In this document: positions 41,601-54,625 of the stretch, piece by piece
Numbering within the stretch: position 1 is the stretch's first letter
Layout: every line of letters starts with the position of its first letter
From: Amphiscolops sp. MND2022
Taxonomy: Eukaryota
Length of the DNA stretch: 64,000 bases
Direction: 5' to 3'
NCBI GenBank assembly: GCA_964187785.1
Contig: OZ076413.1
Location: forward strand, 49,602,001-49,666,000
The notes under the pieces: generated by a model
What the model was told of the DNA's origin: nothing
The model's input: the letters and a program-made list of their open reading frames with translations, nothing else
Database searches by the model: none
Program-made: the position numbers and the translations under genes

Positions 41601-41987
41601 TGTGGTGATTTTGTGCTCGATGCTACTGCCGAAACGTGCAAATGTCACCCTGGTAGAAGATCGTTTGGACGTCTCCTCAACTACAGACCGAGCAACAACC
41701 AAGAATGTAATGTGAGAATGAAGCGGGCAAATATCGGTGGCCAAGATGTAGTTCTGTTCGTTGCGAAGAGATCCATCGATGTCTTGGAGGAACTCTGCTT
41801 CGATTACAATGATGCAGTTTGCAGGGCAGAGTTTTGCCAGCAACTTTCCAATTCCTCGGGTGCCTCACGGTCCACACAGCCCCAAGGAACATCTACCACT
41901 GGCAGTGAATCTGAGCGAGAGACCTCTACTACTACTACTAGTAACTCTCAAGTGACCGAGACGCCTGGAAGTCCTACCCTCTTTTGA
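38624..41987 (+). CDS. ~737-aa protein: degenerate tyrosine-recombinase-like region plus C-terminal SET domain (KMT5A/PR-Set7-like). Exons 38624-38861, 39587-40554, 40980-41987.
   Basis: SET motifs GRGVVTT...IVCDYH...DAT...FGRLLNY...LFVAKRSI..LEELCFDY; phase-consistent GT-AG introns. Exon 2 (YVCAV...KYK...YFKRVRP...FFYNSLGK) resembles an integrase catalytic region (weak). Exon 1 is less certain. Confidence 0.8.
40580..40671 (+). repeat. Internal copy of the element's left terminus (92 bp) inside the SET-gene intron
   Basis: Matches 30743-30834 with ~5 mismatches, starting exactly at CATTACG. Confidence 0.92.
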
Positions 41988-42600
41988 AACTTGAAGTGTA
42001 ATCATTAGTGAAGATGATCTTAGTACAGTAGCGTGATTTTAAAAAAAATGCCCGGCCTGCCTCTACACTGAGCGTTATCATAATTGATCGATTGCATATT
42101 TGCTCAATTTCAACTGATTATATATTTTCAACACTTTCAACTGATATCATATTTCAACATATTTTCAACTAATAACTCATTTTCAAATAGTTTTTTTTAC
42201 CGAAGACAGTATTTTTCTTCCTTACATGACGATGATACGTATGATACTAGTGGAGTCTCTCATAAATTAAAAAAATGTTTTCAGGACATCCAAAGAAGTT
42301 TTTTTTGAATTTTTGAATTACGTTTCGAGTTACTTGGTTTTTTTTCTCTGGGGTTAACGCTTTATCGCATAACGAGACAACCCGGTAAAATAGGTTTCAG
42401 GCACGCAGCTGTATGATCTCGGACATTTCAAAAAGTCTGTCGGAAGTTTGCAATTTGTTTTTTCTTCTTCTACCGTGACGGTCACTTCTGGTGGCAATCA
42501 TAACTTTTGAAATTGTTTTCATAATCATTAAGCCAGTATCATCGTTTTTGTGATTTGTTGCTGGTTTCTTGCTTAAACAGGTTTTGTATTTCAGATCGAA

Positions 42601-45600
42601 ATGATACAAAAACCAATCATCACTTATGCTGGCATCAATTACGTGAAACTCACATTCCTGAACGTCTTGTTCCCGAATGTGTTCCTGCTGGAAAGCAATG
42701 ACTGCCTTCTTCCCAATGATCGCAGAAAGGCTACAGATTTCCTCAAGAAGCATTTAAAAGGTTTACTTTCTTTCCTTTTTTAATCAAAAACATAACTAGA
42801 GATCGTAAACGTAATCGTCCAAAACGTGGTTGTGAGATGTAAGGAATGCACTTGAGCATAGCATTGTAGTTGATCGTTCGTGGCACGTTTTGATTCATGA
42901 TTGTTGCAGGACTGAACGTAAACTTCTCTGATGTATACAAGCCCCATGGGATCAAAGAAAGATGTCCTTTGTTGCGCGAAGACGTATTCGATTTATTGAT
43001 AATATCTGCACCTCCATCATTGATTCCCTGGACGACTGAAAGAGTTGGCTATATACGACAATTTTTCCCTTCGTTGCCCATTCCAGACTCAACCTCTTTT
43101 TTAACAATTCAAGTTGACGCTATTTTTTCACAACAGTCATTGGAAACAGGCGTTTCGCTGCAGAATTTTTGGAGCTCTTCTTTGAAGACTATATCAGAAT
43201 CAGAAATTGCATTGGGTCAATTTATTGAAACTCTCAAGCAGTTTTTCACAAGTCAAACTTTGAAAATCAAGAAAAAAAACACCTTAGTTCATAAACTTCT
43301 TCATCTATTTCTGCCAAACTTGTTTTGCCTTGAAAGGGAAGACATTCAAATGGAGATTCAATGCCTACTTACTCTCAGTAATCCTCAGGATCTTTTAGTC
43401 AAAATACGTCGACTTATACAATGCCCTTTCATCAAATCCACCATTCTCCCTTCAAGACGTGAACTTCAAGCAATCACAAATAAATTGAACGAAGATTTCA
43501 GATTAATACTTACTCCCAGAAGAACCCCCACTGGGTTCCGTGTTAATCTTGTTTCATTTGTCAGATTCGTTGCCTGCAATTTATATAACAAGACCAGCTT
43601 AGTCGGCTTGAGAGTCGACATTTATGGTGATGCAATGTCTCGGGGAAAAAAAGACGTCGTACGAATGGCCTTCCGAATTTTGCAAAGCGGCATCGAAACT
43701 GAGCAATCCTCAACCCATGTCTTCACGTTTGCTGTGTTTGAGGTGAGTCGTTCAAGTTTTAATCTAATTTTAACTTTATTAACTTGATTTTAACTTCATT
43801 CTAACTTGATTTCTATTGTGAGCTACATCAAAATGTTTATTGAGAACCTAATTTTGGTCCCTGTTGTGAGCTACACTTAATAGTTTAGTGGTAACGCAAA
43901 TCTAAATTTGGTCCCTGTCGTGAGTTACACTTAAATGATTACTTAGTAGTTGGAAAACCAATTTGGTCCGTCTTGAGCAGCACTCAATTGTTTTGTTGAT
44001 ATAATTCTAAATTTTTCCCTGTTGTGAGAAACTGGAAGTTGAAATATGAATTTTTGGAATGTTTCCCAGGGTAAAGATGTGCGAATCAACCTGGAATACA
44101 ATCTCGCCATGTCAGAAGTGCTTGGACGCCCTGGATGGCTATACAACGAAACAAAGGCCTTGCATGATGAAGGTGCTATACTGAGTTGCTCGGGTGATTC
44201 ACCATTCCAACTGCGTCTTTTAAAAGGTGTTAGCAGTGATGTCTCTTGTCTGTCAAAGATGTGTCTTTATGTCAGTGATCCTGCAGATATTTCGAATCCA
44301 CCAGTGAAACAGACAAAAAAAGACACCGCTGAATATAAGAAAGAAATGGAAGGAAGGGGGGTGATTCTTCCGTCAACTGTCGATTATGCTACTGGCCGAA
44401 GAACAGAACTGATCATTGACATCAACGAATGCATCCCAAAAGACTCTCTCATTTTTCTCAAATCCACTTTCAATACATGCCCTGATTTGCTGCATATGGT
44501 TGTCCGTTCAGTCGAAAGTGACTTGAAGTTGCATGTGGACTCGTTGTTGCTGTTGAAAGACCATGCAGCAATATGTAGACTCGAATGTAACATAACGGAA
44601 CGAAATGTGAAACCGCCGAGATTCAAGTTTGAGATCGCTGAAAAACTCTGCAAGGCTGTATCTCTCAGTTTCAGAGACGCCGAAGTCATAATATCCGACT
44701 GCAACAGAATCAGCGACTATGGCCGATCAGACTGCCCAATTTTTGAAGGTGTGTATTCATTCGAAACACCTCATGTCTACAAAGCTGACCAAACAACCTC
44801 TACAACGTCTTATAACGTGTTGATATCATTGGTTGATGGGTTGGAGACATCTTTCACAAAAGGAGTGGGTATTTCTGTTCGGAAACTGGCTGACCTCCAA
44901 TTCCAATCTCTTTACCAGTTACTTGATTTGCTTCGACAGAGAGAATTCAAAGACATTCAAAAGTGTAAAGATCTCTATGAGATTTATTACCAGTCAACTT
45001 TATGTCTTTTCGGTGATCGTGCGTTGACGCCATACAAATTGAAACTGGATATTTTATTCAGACTTTTTGAGAAGGGTGAGCTTCTGTCTCCATTTTATTA
45101 CATGACAGAAGGAACTGAAAAAAGCCACCACACGGCAGCCAAAGACTACAATACGAAGACAATGCGTGATGGTGGCAATGATGCTTGGAACATGTCATCC
45201 AGTTATCTCGATATTCAGTTTTCCTTCTACCGTGCAATTGATTTATGTTCTTCAAAGTCTTCGACACTTGAATCTTACCGGAAGTTGTATGGAAAAACCG
45301 ACGTGACAAAGACGTATCTTGAAATTTGCTGTGAACCCATTCCAGAACCTGAACTTGACTATCTTAGAACTGAAGACATGTTTAGAGGTATGCACTTTGT
45401 CATTCTTGGAACATATGGTCACCTGAAAGAAACTCAAGCGAGTCTTGAGAAGAAGATCACTGAAAATGGAGGAAATGTTGTTTCCAATGTAGACATCATC
45501 AACAGAAGCAAGCTGAATTTTTTGAGCCATCACTATTGCATTTTACCAAATCGAAATTGTATCGACGCATTCATTAAAGGTCAACAAGGTAAAGAAAAAG

Positions 45601-45896
45601 CTGCAACGAAGGCGCTTTCCAATACGATACTCGGTAACTGGATTTACTTGAACGCTGAATTTGTAATCGCCTGTGTACAGAAGAAGTCTTTGATTGATCC
45701 CAAAGGCTATGTTTTTGAAGTAGATGAGTCTGCGAGAGCCAAATTCAAAACGATGAAGTACATATCTATGGCCCCACAATTACAACGTCAATCAAACCCC
45801 CTACGACATGGTTCATTAACTTACCACACAGCAATGCGGAAGTACAAGAACGCACTAAAAAAGGCCACATTGAAGAGAAAACTAGACGACGTTTAA
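42601..45896 (+). CDS. DDE transposase (RAG1/Transib/Chapaev-like) with C-terminal BRCT domain, at least 939 aa. Exons 42601-42760, 42910-43742, 44070-45896; further 5' exons possible.
   Basis: IYGDA (D1), QSS..VFTFAVFEGKD, SGDSPF (D2), CPDLLHM (cf. RAG1 IDALH), LTPYK (cf. ITNYFH), EGTEKSHH (E; cf. EGNESGNK)...T.RDGG. BRCT-like MFRGMHFVILG...LEKKITENGGNV...LNAEFVIACVQKKSLIDPKGY. No stops or frameshifts. Confidence 0.82.
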
Positions 45897-46557
45897 TACC
45901 TAAAAACTTACTTATTTTATTACTAATTCAGTAGACAAGGTCCATTTGACCGCTTCATTGTCAATTCAGTGCTATCTACTAGGTGATTCAAATTTGGTAC
46001 ATTTCTTTGAAGCGAAAATGCTTTCACACATTAAAAGTGAGAACGAAATGACTGGTATAGACGTATATTTTTGATGGTTCAAACCATCTTTGGTTGAAAA
46101 TGTGATTACGTAATTTGATCTTAAATCTAAATGAATGACAGAAAAAATTGAACGATTATCAGTGCCTTGCTTACAAATATTTTATGTTATAATTTAAACT
46201 TATGATAGATCTATGATGATAGATTAAACCAAATATTCGCAATTCAACGTATACTTCCATGGTATATCTTTTCGCCGTGACGTTTTCTCTGAAAAGTTCA
46301 TCAGTCGAAATTTTGATCCCCGTCGTGAGCGCAATATTTAACTGCATCGAGTTTACATTCCCTCTGTTACCTTATTTACTATTGAATGATCTATGACAGT
46401 TGTCTCAGGAATGATCTATGAGGACGTGTGACTTCCTGGAATAGTGTGACTTGTTGTGAGTTGTTGGATGTATATATTTGACAATCATTTTATAGTTAAT
46501 TTCATACAATATTGATTGGTGTATAACTTATGAGCGAATTTTTTCAGTTGATATCAA

Positions 46558-49500
46558 ATGGCAACACTGCCGACCACGCCATCAACGTCTCGTCGAACGA
46601 CACCAGCGAAAGTCCCATGCGGCCAAGGTTCGATAACAATTTTTTTGTGATCAAGCTGTAACGTAATCAAGCTGTAACTTTTTTTCACGGAAAAGTTTAA
46701 TCTGACATATGGCATTCCTTTTAGGCACTTGTGACGTTGTGGACAAGCTGTCCAACATCCTACGCCACCGCAAAGTCTGTCCTCGAATGCCACGAGAGCA
46801 GTTCAAGCTCATGGAGAGAACGTGCCAGCTCTGCGGCCAGATCATTTCCGCCAAAAAACTGCTGAAGAAGCACTACAATACAAAGTATTGTAAGGAGCAG
46901 CAAAAGCGGAAAGCAGAAGGCCTGCCTACCCGAATGTACCAGTACGGTTAGTCATTACAATGTATGTTAAAAATTGATCGACTTGTAACATTTTAAACTC
47001 AATGATTTTGAAAAAAAGTCTAGGTCTCAAACAAAAAGTGTGTTTTTATTCATGTAACTTCTATGTTACAGCAGCTGCAAAAGGCTTGACGCGGAGGCCT
47101 AACTTATGCTACGGCAGAGGTTGTGGCAAGTCATATGTTTACCCTTATGACTTGCGCGTGCACCTTTTGAAGAATCCTCAATGCCAGGAAGGAGCGAATG
47201 TGAGTGCCTGTCCTATTTTTTTCTCTTTAAGAACACATGTTGAATGATTTGATTGACCATTTGACTCTCGAAACGCCGTGTTTTAAACGGTGACAATGTG
47301 ACTGGAACTCCGAATGAGTCATTTTATCGTGGCAACTGTTTAGGCTGCAGTATCTTTGGGCTCCGATTCGTCTACTAGTAGCAACACTGACGAGCGATTC
47401 AGGCCAGAAGATTTCAACCACATTCCTTCTGATGTGTTTGGGTCTGATGGATTTTTCAAGTTCGCGATGGAAGTGCCCCTCGACTACAAGTTTCCTGTAG
47501 CTCAATGGGAAGGCAACGTTGACGACCATGTCGTCAAATTCAATTCCCTGATGAGACACAGTGTGCCTCTGTTGTGGCGTGGAGGTGTCAACCATTGCCA
47601 TGGTTTGAAGCTGCCTCAAGTGGAAGAACTCGCTTTCACTGAAGTTGTCCAACAGCTTCTAGTCCCCCAGAAGCTACAAGCAAGTGCAGCAACCATCAAT
47701 GTCAAGTCGGCAAAACTTGGAGAAGTAAGTCTTTGGTAGAATTACTTTCAATTTGAAGCTTGTTTTTTTTCGTAAAATATCTGGAACAACTGCAATTTGA
47801 TCCCTGTCGTGAGCTCATTTTCCAACTTGGACAAGTCTTTGGTAGAATTACTTTCAATTTCAAATTTTCAAGTAATGCTTCAAGTTGAAGCTTGTATTTT
47901 TCGTAAATATCGAACAACTGCAATTTGATCCCTGTCGTGAGCTCATTCTCCAACTTGGGCAAGTTGAATTTGTCGAACAACTGCATTTGAACTATTCTAA
48001 CAATGAGAAAGTTGTCCGTCTTATTCCCGTCTTAGTCACTTTATGATCATTTCATTTCAGAGTCGTGACCTCAGTCTCGACGAGTTCAAGCAGGAGCTCA
48101 TCAACGCCGACAGAAGCAGCGTTTACTATCCTTTAAACGCTATAGACATCGCCATGCAGCCAAAGGTAAACAACATTGAATGAGCTCCTTTGATTTGATG
48201 GAAAACGCAAATCCACTGAAAAACGACTTTTCTTTTATTGTTTTCCCCAACCCCCTGTTTGCTAGTAGTTGCGTACAAATTGGACTTTGAGGATTTTATT
48301 CAACATAATGCACATTGTTTTGAAACAACTTCAACTTATATTGATTTTTTTGTCTTTTCAGTCCATCTACAGCGTGCCAACGATGATAAAAAAGTCGTCA
48401 GTGAACCACCTTGTGGACGAGCTGGTCAGTAAGTCAGCAGAACCGTTCTCAGTAGCGACTTCATACTACTTGCTGATCTCCAACGATGGTTGTCAAACAA
48501 CTTGGCACACGGACTTCAGTTCAACATCTGTCTTTTATACAGTCTTGACTGGGTCCAAGACCTTCTTTCTGGTTGCGCCAACTGAAAACAACATGAAGTT
48601 GTTCAATGCCTGGTCCAAACAAGAATCCGACGACATGTGAGTTGAATTTTTTCACCAAGGAATTTCAGCTTTTGTGTTCATCTATTTTTGTATTTTTGCA
48701 TCATTTTGCATCACGGGCCATCATTTCCGTACGTGTTTTCATTGTATTTGCGAAATTTTCAACTTTCAATGCACTATATTGTTTTTGCAACGCCGAATAT
48801 TTTAAGAATAGTCGCTTAGAGTTCCAACAGTTTTCGTTTTAGGCCAACATTTTTTGGATGCCACAAAAGACTGGAGGGGGGTTGCCTCAGGGTTACTCTT
48901 AATCCGGGCGACGTTTTCGCCATGCCGTCTCAGTACATCCATACAGTCCTCACAAGTGGAGACTCTGTGGCAATAGGGACGAATTTCCTTTCAGAAGGTC
49001 ATTCGAACCAGTTCATAAAGGCGATCATTGAAGAAGACTCCATCAGGGAGCATGAGAAGTTTCCGGGCATGTTGGAAATGCTAGCTATTTTGATGCTCAA
49101 AGCATCAGAGAGATGCATGATAACTCCGGACTTCCTTCGTCTTCACAGAGCCATTGAGAATCGATATCAAGAAAGTGAAGCTGTTGCTGTGAGTTGTATT
49201 TTTTAGTTCACAATCGTTTAGAATCAAACTAAGTTATCGAATTAAGTATTTGTATAATGAAGCCGTGTTGTGACTCACAACAGGGACCAAAACTGAATTT
49301 GGTAATCATAATGAATAATGTTGATGATGACGTTGTGGCTCACGACAGGGACCAAAATTAAAGGTGGTAATGATTACCAATTTTAATTTCGGTCCCTGTC
49401 GTGAGCCACAAGGTCATCATCAACATTATTTGTTGATGATCAACAAAGTTGATCAAATAGCTTGGTGAGTTATCACGAGTTTTGTTTCAGATTTGCCCCG

Positions 49501-50117
49501 AATTCAGCAAGGAGAGACTCGTTTACAATATTTGCTCGCGCAAAGACTTCGTAAACGATGTTCATGTCACCGCTTTCACGGAAACGGCCTCAAAAAGGGC
49601 ATATCTTCTTTGCCCCAAGCCTTGCTTCAGAAGGAGGAACTGGTTTACAAACGAGGACGGCGTGAGGGTCCCGAAGGAAGCAATTTCTGAGGAGCGCCTC
49701 ACTTTCTTGTGCCGAAGACCTGATGTTGACGAGCCGAATCGTGATGTTTTGATCAGCTATGAGGAAGCCATCACGTATGTGCACCCGCGACCGTCACAAA
49801 CAGTCAGAGCTTTGCACAAAATGCCGAAAAGAAAAACCCTCGTTCAAGACCGTGGTAAGTTTGCTTATTTTAGTTACATCCTGGTTGTTTCGTCTTAGTA
49901 TACATAGTGGTAATGTAAGTGATGATATTCAAAACTGGTCACCTGGTTGAACATCCGTAAGGCTTACATTTGATTTTCTTATTTCCTAAAAAGACTTCAA
50001 AATGAAATTAATGGAGTGGTAATCGAATTCAATGTTTTTGTTTCAGAATTCAGACCATCTACTGATCGTTACGTTGCTTCGATAATGAGCCACCATGTCC
50101 CTGCATACAGCTTGTAG
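46558..50117 (+). CDS. ~653-aa zinc-finger + JmjC histone demethylase (KDM2/KDM7-PHF8-like). Exons 46558-46627, 46725-46946, 47072-47199, 47344-47724, 48061-48165, 48362-48636, 48843-49188, 49491-49854, 50047-50117.
   Basis: Nine exons with consistent phases (1962 nt). JmjC: TTWHTDFSSTSVFYTVLTGSKTFFLVAPT...LNPGDVFAMPSQYIHTVLT...GTNFL, with HxD...H and the 2-OG lysine intact. Three N-terminal C2HC-like fingers (e.g. CQLC...KKHYNTKYC; CYGRGCGKSY...VHLLKNPQC). Confidence 0.88.
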
Positions 50118-50285
50118 TTGCGTACAGACTGAGTTGTGCTTAAGAAGTTCTCGATCATTGTTAACTTAACATGTTGAACTTTCTTGTCTCCGAGTTATTT
50201 GTTGTGCTCAGTAAGTTGTACACTGTGGCTCGGTATAAACTTGTAGCTTGAAAAACTGCTCTAGATTTTTCGAATGACCGTCAAC

Positions 50286-50645
50286 CAGGGGTGTTAAATA
50301 TTGCATTGCAATACTATTGCAATACTAATAAAACAATCTTTTGTTATTCTGAATTTTGTTGAAACAATAATTGCAATTATTGTGTCTATGAAAAAGATTG
50401 TTTGAAAAACCAATCAAATCAATTTGTTGATCAAATTACCATCCGAAAATTGTTCGTTGATCATAATTAGTTTGACTGAAAAGTCCGTCAAATTGGAAGT
50501 ATTTGGCACCCAACTCATGTCTCCGAATTCTTTCCTTATTGTGAAAAATCAACAATGTATTGTATTTGATAACGTTCTGAAAATAATTATTGTATACAAT
50601 TTTATTGCAATTATTGTGACCTAGAATTATTTTTTAACACCCCTG
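50286..50645. mobile_element. hAT-type MITE
   Basis: TIR CAGGGGTGTTAAA; 8-bp TSD CCGTCAAC. Confidence 0.88.
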
Positions 50646-51977
50646 CCGTCAACAACCTGGTATTTTTTGTTCATAGCAAATTCAGCAAAACATTCAGCAA
50701 ATTATTACGGCAAAGTCCAATTACCTCATAGTCTAGTTAAAATCTTTATTTTAACTAATCATTTCACGGTAAAAAAAAATTGTTGTTGACCATTATTCAA
50801 TTATTAGGTTACTATTCATTCAATAAGTTAATGTGTACAATTTACCTTCGATTTATAGTGCATTCAAAGTTTGTACAGCCTTGATCGTTTGTAAGTTTGT
50901 AATGTTCTGAATTGTATCAACTGTGTTTTGGACAATTACTGTCGGAAGTGTCGAGTAGTTGTTCCCAAAAAAAGAGGGACATCTACCGTCGGAAATATCG
51001 GGTGGTTGTTTCCAAAAAAAATATCAAATACCGTCAAAATCAATCATTGATGGCCGCCGGAAATCATCGGGTCATCGGAAGGGAGTTTCCAATTAACTTC
51101 GCCTTTGTGCTCCCTTGCATCGTATGTTTTCTCTTTCAGTACAGGCCGAGTATGAATAATAGAAGCAAAAGCCTCTTTGTTAAGGAGAAAAACAGTGTTT
51201 AAGGTTGTTTAAGAATAGAAAAACGGTCAAACGTCCCAATTCAGATTCAGTTGTCTGTAACTTTTTCAATTTTCGTCTGAAAAATTTCAACGTTAAACTA
51301 ATGTAAACTAGAAGAAAATTTAAGAATAGTTTCCTTCTGACAATTTTACAAATTTTCAATCGATTCCGAAAAAATCGAGCCTGAAAATGCTCGGGGGTGT
51401 TTTCCTAATCACAGTACTAGAGCTCTCAACCAATGAAATGAACATGTGGGCATCAATTAGCCAATGATATCTATTCGTTCGTTCCGCCGGCGGCTGCTGT
51501 TTTTCAAAAGTTGATAAAAGTACTTCAAGTTGACTCAAGTTTGTTATGTTTGCTATAGACCAAGACTCAAGTTATTTTAATTATTCTTGACGCAGCTCGG
51601 AGAAGCAACATAAATACAGGTTACATTTTGATCCGTCGTGAGCAAATATAAAACAGAGTTGCTAAACCATATTTTAAGTTAAGTACCAGCTCTGAGAAAC
51701 TGTCTCTGTTTTCAACCACAGTATCCTTCTTTTCTTAGGACGTGTTTTCAGAAAGAAAACAACTTTCATTGAATATTGTATTTTGAATACAAAAATAGCA
51801 CCAGTTTTATAATGGAATTTATGAACATTATAAAATCACAAAAAAATAATTGAAAATAAAAAATTTATCTCTTGTAGAGCAAATAAATAATGAGTTTTGA
51901 AACTTTAAAGTTTCAAAAATAGTGGAAAAGTCGTTGAAATCGTTTCAACGAAACTTCGAGTCCCTCGGGTTCAGACA

Positions 51978-52361
51978 TTATTTCAGCCTGAGCAGGCATC
52001 CTTGTTTCCTGCAGAGTGGGCACTTCACCCAAAGGGCACGATCAGTGCTTTCCCTGTGAATCACAGTGATCAAAATTTTCGAACGATATCTAGAATGAGT
52101 TTGTTTTGTAACCACGTGTGTACCAAAAATTTCAGGAATACAAAAATGTAAAGGACACGCCTCAAAAAATTGATCAGTGAAAATTATCAGAAAGGAAAAG
52201 TGAAAACAGCTTCAATAACAATTTTTCAAAGCAAAGTTCTGTGAAACTTACCTCTCAAGCACTTTGATCCAGGCTTGACGGCACTGATTGCATATCGCGT
52301 GTTTATCATGGAGAATCCAAAAACGCGAAAAGATCTTCTCTCCACAGACAGCGCAAAGCAT
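51978..52361 (-). CDS. Small RING-finger protein (~73 aa). Exons 52361-52252, 52089-51978; absent from the ORF track.
   Basis: MLCAVCGEKIFSRFWILHDKHAICNQCRQAW...|...VKCPLCRKQ; AG|GTAAGT donor, phase-2 intron. Confidence 0.7.
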
Positions 52362-53657
52362 TTCCAGTTGGTTAATGTGTTTCAGGTGGTCAATAAGTAC
52401 AATGATTTTTGAAAAGATATATCAGTCTTGTCACACGGTTGTTTGAAGATCGAATGGCCAACAATCGGCCCGGGACATATAGAACACATCGTACGAAAGA
52501 TTTGAACTTTATTTTGTCATTATCTTGTTTCTATGTACGAACAACTGGCTTTGTTTCATGACTTGACAACTTGCAAGTCCTTTTAATCCTTTCACTAAGT
52601 AACCACATAGTTAATTTATAACCTCTGTACCTGTAACAAATAACCGTCTCCACTTATTATTTGGTTTAGTAAACCAACGCGGTACTTCGGTAGTGCCACT
52701 TTCATTCATTTCAAAATAAGATGATAGTCAAGATGATTCTTTCATTTCAGTTTTTATGTCGATATAATTGTATTTGTTTCAATGGTTTCAAAAAATGAAA
52801 TAATTAATACTTTACAGAATTGAATGACGTACATATGTATGTTTACAAAGTTTATGGAATTAACAAAGTTCATTCATTTATCACTACTAAAAAATTAATA
52901 ACGTACATATGTGGTTTTGATCCCTGTCGTGAGCAACATCAAGTTGTAACAAATAGTCTAACAAAGTTCATTCATTTATCACTACGAAAAAATTAATAAC
53001 GTACATATGTGGTTTTGATCCCTGTCGTGAGCAACATCAAGTTGTAACAAATAGTCTATACGAATCTAAAACTCTGTTTGTGTCTAAAACTCTATCAATC
53101 TGAAATGTCTATTCCAAATCTCCAAGTACTTAAACGATTATTTAATTACCACTGCAGTAAATTTAGAATTGAGGCGTGTTGAATAAGGACAACTGCCAGT
53201 GAAGGTGCCACAGGCTGTTCAGTGAAGGTTTGTCGAAAACTGCTGAGAAGTGCTTACACCGTGTAAGCATTAATTAACACCATTAACACCGTGACGATTA
53301 ATTAATTAATACTGCAGGAAAGGGTAGATTTGAGGCATTTTAATTATGACTATTCAAAGTTTGTCGATAACCGCAGCAAAGTCCTTACACGATTAACTAA
53401 TTACAATTACGAATTGAGGCTTTCTAATAATGATTTCTGAATTTCTGTCGAAAACTGAAAAGTCGATTCAGTCAAACCTTTTACAACGATACTGTCAACT
53501 TGCTTTCATATCTCTCGCAATCATCAACTTCTGTTTTCACCAAATTTTAATTTCATAATCAACTTCTGAACTTGTCAAAAACAGCAAAGTCGAATCAGTC
53601 AATTCTTTCGCATCAATATTTTCAACCTTCTTCCTCTCGCAATCATCAATATCTATC

Positions 53658-54119
53658 ATGTTCGATCCCGCAGCAATGCCAATCAGGTCGTGTATTCGTC
53701 CAATAGATGAAATGATCTCAAACTGTGGACCACCACACAGAAAAAATGTGCGTTTTGCTGACTCAGCACCAATCTCGGACTCAACCACCAATCAACTTGA
53801 AGCAACTCCCACATATCCGAGAGCTTGGAGAATCAAAAGAAGGGCACCCATTCCTGAAACTCCAACTCCACTGGCACCCACTCTAATGCACCCACTCCAC
53901 TCCACTGGCACCCACTCCGGGAACAAAAAAGCAGTCACTACGGTAGGATCAAAAACAGTGAGGTTCTCTTTCATAGAAAGGGCTGTATCACCGAATGGAG
54001 AAGTATCAGAGTCAGTCATTTCCTTCAATGACTCGGAAACCAATCCTTGTGACGAATACTGGAAACCTGGGGCTCTCCACGACAGGCCGTACATAATGAA
54101 CTGCCGAACAACACGATAG
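53658..54119 (+). CDS. 153-aa Pro/Thr-rich protein with two RVxF-type (PP1-docking) motifs
   Basis: ATG-initiated ORF of coding-like composition; RKNVRF and KTVRF motifs. Confidence 0.5.
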   Translation: MFDPAAMPIRSCIRPIDEMISNCGPPHRKNVRFADSAPISDSTTNQLEATPTYPRAWRIKRRAPIPETPTPLAPTLMHPLHSTGTHSGNKKAVTTVGSKTVRFSFIERAVSPNGEVSESVISFNDSETNPCDEYWKPGALHDRPYIMNCRTTR

Positions 54120-54200
54120 AATTTAAAGTTATTATTCTGCTCTTCTAGTACAGTTGACACAACTGTACTAGAAGAGCAGAATAGTAATTTTAAATGTAAC

Positions 54201-54566
54201 CAGGGCTACCGAAAAAATAATGGATCAAACCATTATCTTTGATAAATAATTTATTTCTAGTATATTTCCATTCAGAAAATTTATTTCTGTCATTCAAAAA
54301 ATACCATAATTATTTCGGAATTTTCCATTATTTTAGAAATAAAATGATCTACAAAGCAAATAAAGGCGACGCTACCACCAAGGCAGCTTGCCGTATGTAG
54401 GCTATTGTAAATTTCTAACATATGCAAAATTATTTCATATAACTTAAAATTATGGCCATAATTTATTTATTTGAGAAAATATTGTTATTTATGGGCATTA
54501 AATCTAAAATAAATCTATAAATATAAAAATAATGAAAAAAACTAAAAGAATTTTTCGGTAGCCCTG
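54201..54566. mobile_element. hAT-type MITE
   Basis: TIR CAGGGCTACCGAAAAA; 8-bp TSD AATGTAAC. Confidence 0.88.
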
Positions 54567-54625
54567 AATGTAACATCGGTTCTAAAATCATTTCGGAATG
54601 TGGACGAAACAGTTTGGCTTCAGTA

